From: a virus
Taxonomy: Duplodnaviria; Heunggongvirae; Uroviricota; Caudoviricetes
DNA: 42,103 nucleotides
Virus record (IMG/VR): IMGVR_UViG_2675903468_000011
Coordinates: 1-42,103 of that record
Strand: one strand, 5' to 3'
Shown here: positions 37,684-42,103 of the stretch, in pieces
Numbering within the stretch: position 1 is the stretch's first letter
Layout: the number at the start of each line of letters is the position of its first letter
Notes under the pieces: model-generated
What the model was told of the DNA's origin: nothing
Database searches by the model: none
What the model saw: the letters and a program-made list of their open reading frames with translations, nothing else
Position numbers and translations under genes: made by a program

Positions 37684-38562
37684 CTATAAGATGCCGTGTA
37701 CTGTAACAACTATGTACGTTTTGTCCAGTGAATTCAAGTTTTCACGAATGAGCAAATCAACGTAGTAGGCATCGCTAAAAACACCGGGCTCTCTTCCAGT
37801 ACTAACACGTTGCAAGAACTCATTATCCTCTATAGATACGCTGATGGTTTCATCGTCATAGTTGACTCGCCAGCCAGTGTTTTTGTCCTTATGGATGGTC
37901 AGAAATGTGATTGGGGCCTCTTCAATCACCCTCTCAGACAAGGATTGCTCGACAGGAACACGCCGATATCTGAAAGGTTCAATACCATCTTCATGTACAT
38001 TAACTAACTCCACCCCTTGCTGGGTTGAAATCTTAAGCGATTCATACCCCTCCTTTTGCAAAGGGTTATGTATTAACTTCGATAACGATTTACGTATGCT
38101 CGGGGAAGCAAGTAAAGGTCGGAAATAGGAAGGAGCTATAATTTCCTCACCATCATCCATAATTATTTTACAATCTCCTTCCGCAGTTAAAGTCAACCGC
38201 CGTATTTGCCTACCATTAATTTGACGAATTAGGTCAATAAGAGTATTTCCTGCGGCAAGCGCGGCTGTGCCTCCGATACCAATAATGCTCAGAATATTCA
38301 AGTGATCAAGCGGATTTTGAATAATATCAATCAAATATTCGAATGAGCCTTCTCTGAATGGCTCAACTTCAACATTAATATTCTCGCTAGTACCATTGAC
38401 AACCAAATTAACTTCTTTCAGCAGGCTATTTAGACCATTTAATGACTCAGTTAAAACATCCAAATCTATTTTATGATCTGCTAGCGCTGGCCCATCATAT
38501 TTAACCACTAGCTTATCTATTATATTTTCTTCTTGCTGAATATCAGTGCTATTTGACGTCAT
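37684..38562 (-). CDS. Hypothetical soluble protein (cassette gene A)
   Basis: 292 aa; AAGGA ribosome-binding site; AT-rich; no recognisable motif; first gene of three-gene minus-strand cassette. Confidence 0.55.
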   Translation of the reverse strand: MTSNSTDIQQEENIIDKLVVKYDGPALADHKIDLDVLTESLNGLNSLLKEVNLVVNGTSENINVEVEPFREGSFEYLIDIIQNPLDHLNILSIIGIGGTAALAAGNTLIDLIRQINGRQIRRLTLTAEGDCKIIMDDGEEIIAPSYFRPLLASPSIRKSLSKLIHNPLQKEGYESLKISTQQGVELVNVHEDGIEPFRYRRVPVEQSLSERVIEEAPITFLTIHKDKNTGWRVNYDDETISVSIEDNEFLQRVSTGREPGVFSDAYYVDLLIRENLNSLDKTYIVVTVHGIL

Positions 38563-38639
38563 AACCGTTCCTTTTTAAGACAATAATTAAAGTTAATCAA
38601 ACCGTTGCTACTTAAATTCACTTATGAGGACACAATAAC

Positions 38640-40037
38640 ATGGCCTATGCTATGTTTTCACCCCGCCCTTATCAAGACCTCATCATCAACCACGAAATAG
38701 ACACCTTGCGCTGCAACATCTGGGCAGGCATGGGTATGGGTAAAACCGTGGCGACGCTCACCACGCTGGAAGATCTCTTTATAGCGGGAGCGGAGACTCA
38801 GCCCGCGCTGGTTCTCGCGCCGCTGCGCGTGGCGGCCAGCACCTGGCCGGATGAAGCGGTTAAATGGGGGCATCTGCGCAATATCGAGGTGCAGCCGATT
38901 GTCGGTAATGCCAAAGCGCGCGCGGCGGCGCTGGCGAACAGTAACGCCAGCGTGTTTACCATCAACTACGACAATCTGGTCTGGCTGGTCGAAGAGCTGG
39001 GCGGCCGCTGGCCGTTCGGTACCGTCATCCCCGACGAAAGCACCCGACTGAAATCCTTCCGGCTGCGCGGGGGCGGTAAGCGCGCGGCGGCGCTGGGCAA
39101 GGTGGCGCATAAGTATGTCCGGCGCTGGATGAATCTCACCGGTACACCAGCGCCGAATGGCCTGGTTGATTTGTGGGGGCAGGCGTGGTTTGTGGATCAG
39201 GGGCAGCGCCTCGGGCGAACTTACGGCGCCTTTACCTCCCGCTGGTTCAACTCAATTCAGTTTCCGGGGCAGAGCTGGACGAAGCTGGAGCCTTTCGCAC
39301 ACTCGCAGGACGAAATACAGCGTGCACTGGCCGACGTGACTATCTCCCTTGATGCGGCCGACTGGTTCGATATCAAAGAGCCCATCCATAACGTGATCCG
39401 CGTGGACATGCCGCCGAAGGCACGCCAGCAGTATCGTGAAATGGAAAAGGAAATGTTTCTCGAACTGAACGGCGAAGGCATCGAAGCGCCGAACGCTGCG
39501 GCAAAGACAGTGAAGTGTCTGCAAATTGCCAGCGGCGCAGTGTACACCGACGACGCCGGGAGCTGGTCAGAACTGCACGACGCGAAGCTGCAGGCGCTGG
39601 ACAGTATTCTCACCGAAGCAGCTGGCGCACCGGTGCTGGTGGCCTATCACTGGAAACACGATCTTGAACGCTTGCTTAAAGCATTCCCTCGCGGTCGTCA
39701 CCTCGACCAGGATCCACAGACACTGCGCGACTGGAATTCAGGAAAGATTCCTGTTCTCTTTGCACACCCTGCCAGCGCGGGCCACGGCCTGAACATGCAG
39801 GACGGCGGGAATATACTGGTATTTTTCTCACACTGGTGGGACCTGGAGCAGTATCAGCAAATTATTGAACGTATCGGCTCAACCAGACAGATACAGGCCG
39901 GACACAATCGTCCGGTATTTATTCACCACATTATTGCTGCCGACACTATGGACGAAATGGTGATGGAGCGGCGCAACTCAAAACGAACAGTGCAGGACAT
40001 CCTGCTCGATGCCATGAAAAAGAGAGGTATAGCATGA
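38640..40037 (+). CDS. SNF2/DEAD-like helicase
   Basis: 465 aa; Walker A GMGMGKT, DEAH-like box VIPDESTRLK, motif LTGTPAPNG; higher GC than neighbours. Confidence 0.8.
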   Translation: MAYAMFSPRPYQDLIINHEIDTLRCNIWAGMGMGKTVATLTTLEDLFIAGAETQPALVLAPLRVAASTWPDEAVKWGHLRNIEVQPIVGNAKARAAALANSNASVFTINYDNLVWLVEELGGRWPFGTVIPDESTRLKSFRLRGGGKRAAALGKVAHKYVRRWMNLTGTPAPNGLVDLWGQAWFVDQGQRLGRTYGAFTSRWFNSIQFPGQSWTKLEPFAHSQDEIQRALADVTISLDAADWFDIKEPIHNVIRVDMPPKARQQYREMEKEMFLELNGEGIEAPNAAAKTVKCLQIASGAVYTDDAGSWSELHDAKLQALDSILTEAAGAPVLVAYHWKHDLERLLKAFPRGRHLDQDPQTLRDWNSGKIPVLFAHPASAGHGLNMQDGGNILVFFSHWWDLEQYQQIIERIGSTRQIQAGHNRPVFIHHIIAADTMDEMVMERRNSKRTVQDILLDAMKKRGIA

Positions 40038-40234
40038 GCGAGAAACCCGACGATTTACTCACCCCGGATGAAGTATGCCAAAAGTTAGGTATTACACAGA
40101 AAACGCTATGTGAGTGGAATATTAAGCATCGTCATCGGGCTATCCTGGCACCAATTCGTTTCAGTGCAAAAGTAGTTCGTTATGAGCGCCGAAATGTCGA
40201 CGCTTTTATTCAAAAATGTCGCAGCCAGTATTAA
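40034..40234 (+). CDS. AlpA-family HTH regulator (excisionase-like)
   Basis: 66 aa; LTPDEVCQKLGITQKTLCEWN helix-turn-helix; adjacent and convergent to integrase. Confidence 0.6.
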   Translation: MSEKPDDLLTPDEVCQKLGITQKTLCEWNIKHRHRAILAPIRFSAKVVRYERRNVDAFIQKCRSQY

Positions 40235-41634
40235 CCTCGCCGCCGTAGCAATGCCACCTGCGCAAGTATGCTCCGCTCGTGAGCCTCGAAAGCTTCGCGC
40301 TTCAACGCAATCTCTTCCTGTAAAATCTCATCAGAAAAGTCGTAATGTTCTGCCATCGGGTCATCTGACTTGCTGGAGTGGTGAAGGCAAAGGAGGCTGA
40401 TTTCCCTTCGGTCTGAGCGGGAATAGCCTCTTTCCTTCATCAAGGCAATAACATTGCTCTTAAGGAATTTACGGCACATCGTATTAAATGCACCGTCTTT
40501 CCCTTTAACAGTCCCATCATGTTTTATTCCTTTTACAGCCCCGTCCGGGCTGTATGTTTTCACCAGCTTATCCAGTGATCGTTTTGAAAATGGCTGCATT
40601 GGCTCACGTGGCTGCAAAAATACATAATCCCTGTTGCACTCAGGAACTGAATCACGCCAGGCTTTCTGCTCGTCGATAATCCGCCGGATCTCAGGCGTTA
40701 TCGGCAGGCGGAAAGCCTTTTGTGTTTTCATAGCCCCTCGCATGCCGATAACCCCTTCCGGATAAACAATTTCACCAGCCTCCTCGTAAACGTAGTCCCA
40801 GCGCAGGTTATGGACATTAATCGGACGAACACCAGTGATGATCATGAAGCGAACAGCATTCTTCTGGTGTACAGAGGTGCAGGCAGCAACATTGAGCCAG
40901 AGTCGGGCGATTGATTCAATATCGGTAAAAAGCCGTGTGGGGGTGGGTTTCTGTACGCGGGAGGAAACATAATCATCTGGCAAACTGGCGGCAACATTGC
41001 GGCCGTTGCAAAGAATAGGTGCGCAGAACTTCCAGAACCGACGGAGCTCGGCAAACAACTCCAGGGCGTTATTGTTCGAGCGAGTGGCGATCCACTCGTC
41101 CAGCACTTCCACCAGCCGACTGTATGTTACGTCGCTGAACACCTCGCGCTCGCCGAACGTTGCTTTAATCCGGTCGATACGCACCCCGTAGGTTGTGAAA
41201 CTGTCCGGGCTCAGCTTCTGCCGGGCGACTTTGGCTTTGAGGTCATCCCGGTACATTTCCAGCGCTGCATGTACGGACTCTGCTCGCAGGCCACCGTCAG
41301 CCATACCTAGCGCTTTTTCGCGCGCCAGCTGGATAGCGAGCTCCGGCCACTCGCCGAGCTTTTTACCTTTGAGGCCCATCTTTTTTGGAAACTCGGCGTA
41401 AAATGTAACCTTACCGGCTTTGCTGAAATCGATACGGAGATAGTTCTCTTTTTCGTATTTGGAACGGCGAGCCACGCCGGAAGCAGCGAGGATGATTTTG
41501 GCGGCAGCAACACAGATTTTCATGTGTGCGCTGGTATAGGGGGGTTTACAGGCGTCCCATTTTTCAGATGCGGCTAAAACATCGTCATTATTGGGGCTAT
41601 CCGGATTATGTGTTACAGTGCGCGGCATTCTCAA
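40231..41634 (-). CDS. int: Tyrosine integrase
   Basis: 467 aa; catalytic-domain motifs TGVRPINV (box I Arg) and C-terminal LHHSSKSDDPMAEHY (His...Tyr region, comparable to lambda Int LLGHKSDTMASQY). Confidence 0.85.
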   Translation of the reverse strand: MRMPRTVTHNPDSPNNDDVLAASEKWDACKPPYTSAHMKICVAAAKIILAASGVARRSKYEKENYLRIDFSKAGKVTFYAEFPKKMGLKGKKLGEWPELAIQLAREKALGMADGGLRAESVHAALEMYRDDLKAKVARQKLSPDSFTTYGVRIDRIKATFGEREVFSDVTYSRLVEVLDEWIATRSNNNALELFAELRRFWKFCAPILCNGRNVAASLPDDYVSSRVQKPTPTRLFTDIESIARLWLNVAACTSVHQKNAVRFMIITGVRPINVHNLRWDYVYEEAGEIVYPEGVIGMRGAMKTQKAFRLPITPEIRRIIDEQKAWRDSVPECNRDYVFLQPREPMQPFSKRSLDKLVKTYSPDGAVKGIKHDGTVKGKDGAFNTMCRKFLKSNVIALMKERGYSRSDRREISLLCLHHSSKSDDPMAEHYDFSDEILQEEIALKREAFEAHERSILAQVALLRRRG

Positions 41635-41833
41635 TCCTTATCTGCGTAGGCGCAGAAAACAAGCTCACACATACAAGTCTTTTCTACGGGACAAAATGCA
41701 ATGTGTTGCGGTTTTGTGTTGCTGGACTGAGTTTATCAAGGTTAAATACACTGGATCAACATACAGTAAGTTAATGACAGTAAAGCATACAAACTCGATA
41801 CAACTTACTGATTTTAAAATGATTTAACGGTAA

Positions 41834-42103
<270 letters not shown>

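Noticed and set aside
40231-41634. Integrase as a serine recombinase
   Set aside because: The C-terminal His...Tyr region and box I Arg motif match tyrosine recombinases; no resolvase-type N-terminal Ser domain.

Overview
The window is almost entirely an integrated temperate myovirus-type prophage with e14/SfV-like mosaic organisation, read here from its tail-fibre end (left) to its integrase end (right). Right to left on the minus strand run a cro-like regulator, P4-type primase/helicase, an iteron origin, Q antiterminator, a lysis cassette (holin, lambda R-type endolysin, Rz with embedded Rz1), terminase small and large subunits, portal, head genes, tail sheath and tube, chaperone, tape measure, Mu-like baseplate genes, tail fibre and tail fibre assembly protein. 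On the plus strand run a CI-like S24 repressor, a DUF2800 / DUF2815 / family-A DNA polymerase / VRR-NUC / SNF2 helicase replication module, an AlpA-like regulator, then a minus-strand tyrosine integrase beside a host yfhL-like ferredoxin gene. Several low-GC, opposite-strand or terminator-flanked insertions interrupt these operons. The most interesting are a tightly packed three-gene cassette (36890-38562, one soluble and two membrane proteins) and a stand-alone TIR-like protein (35387-36148), which I consider candidate undescribed defence or exclusion functions. All calls are from reading the sequence and ORF translations; family names are from memory of motifs, and no database search was run.
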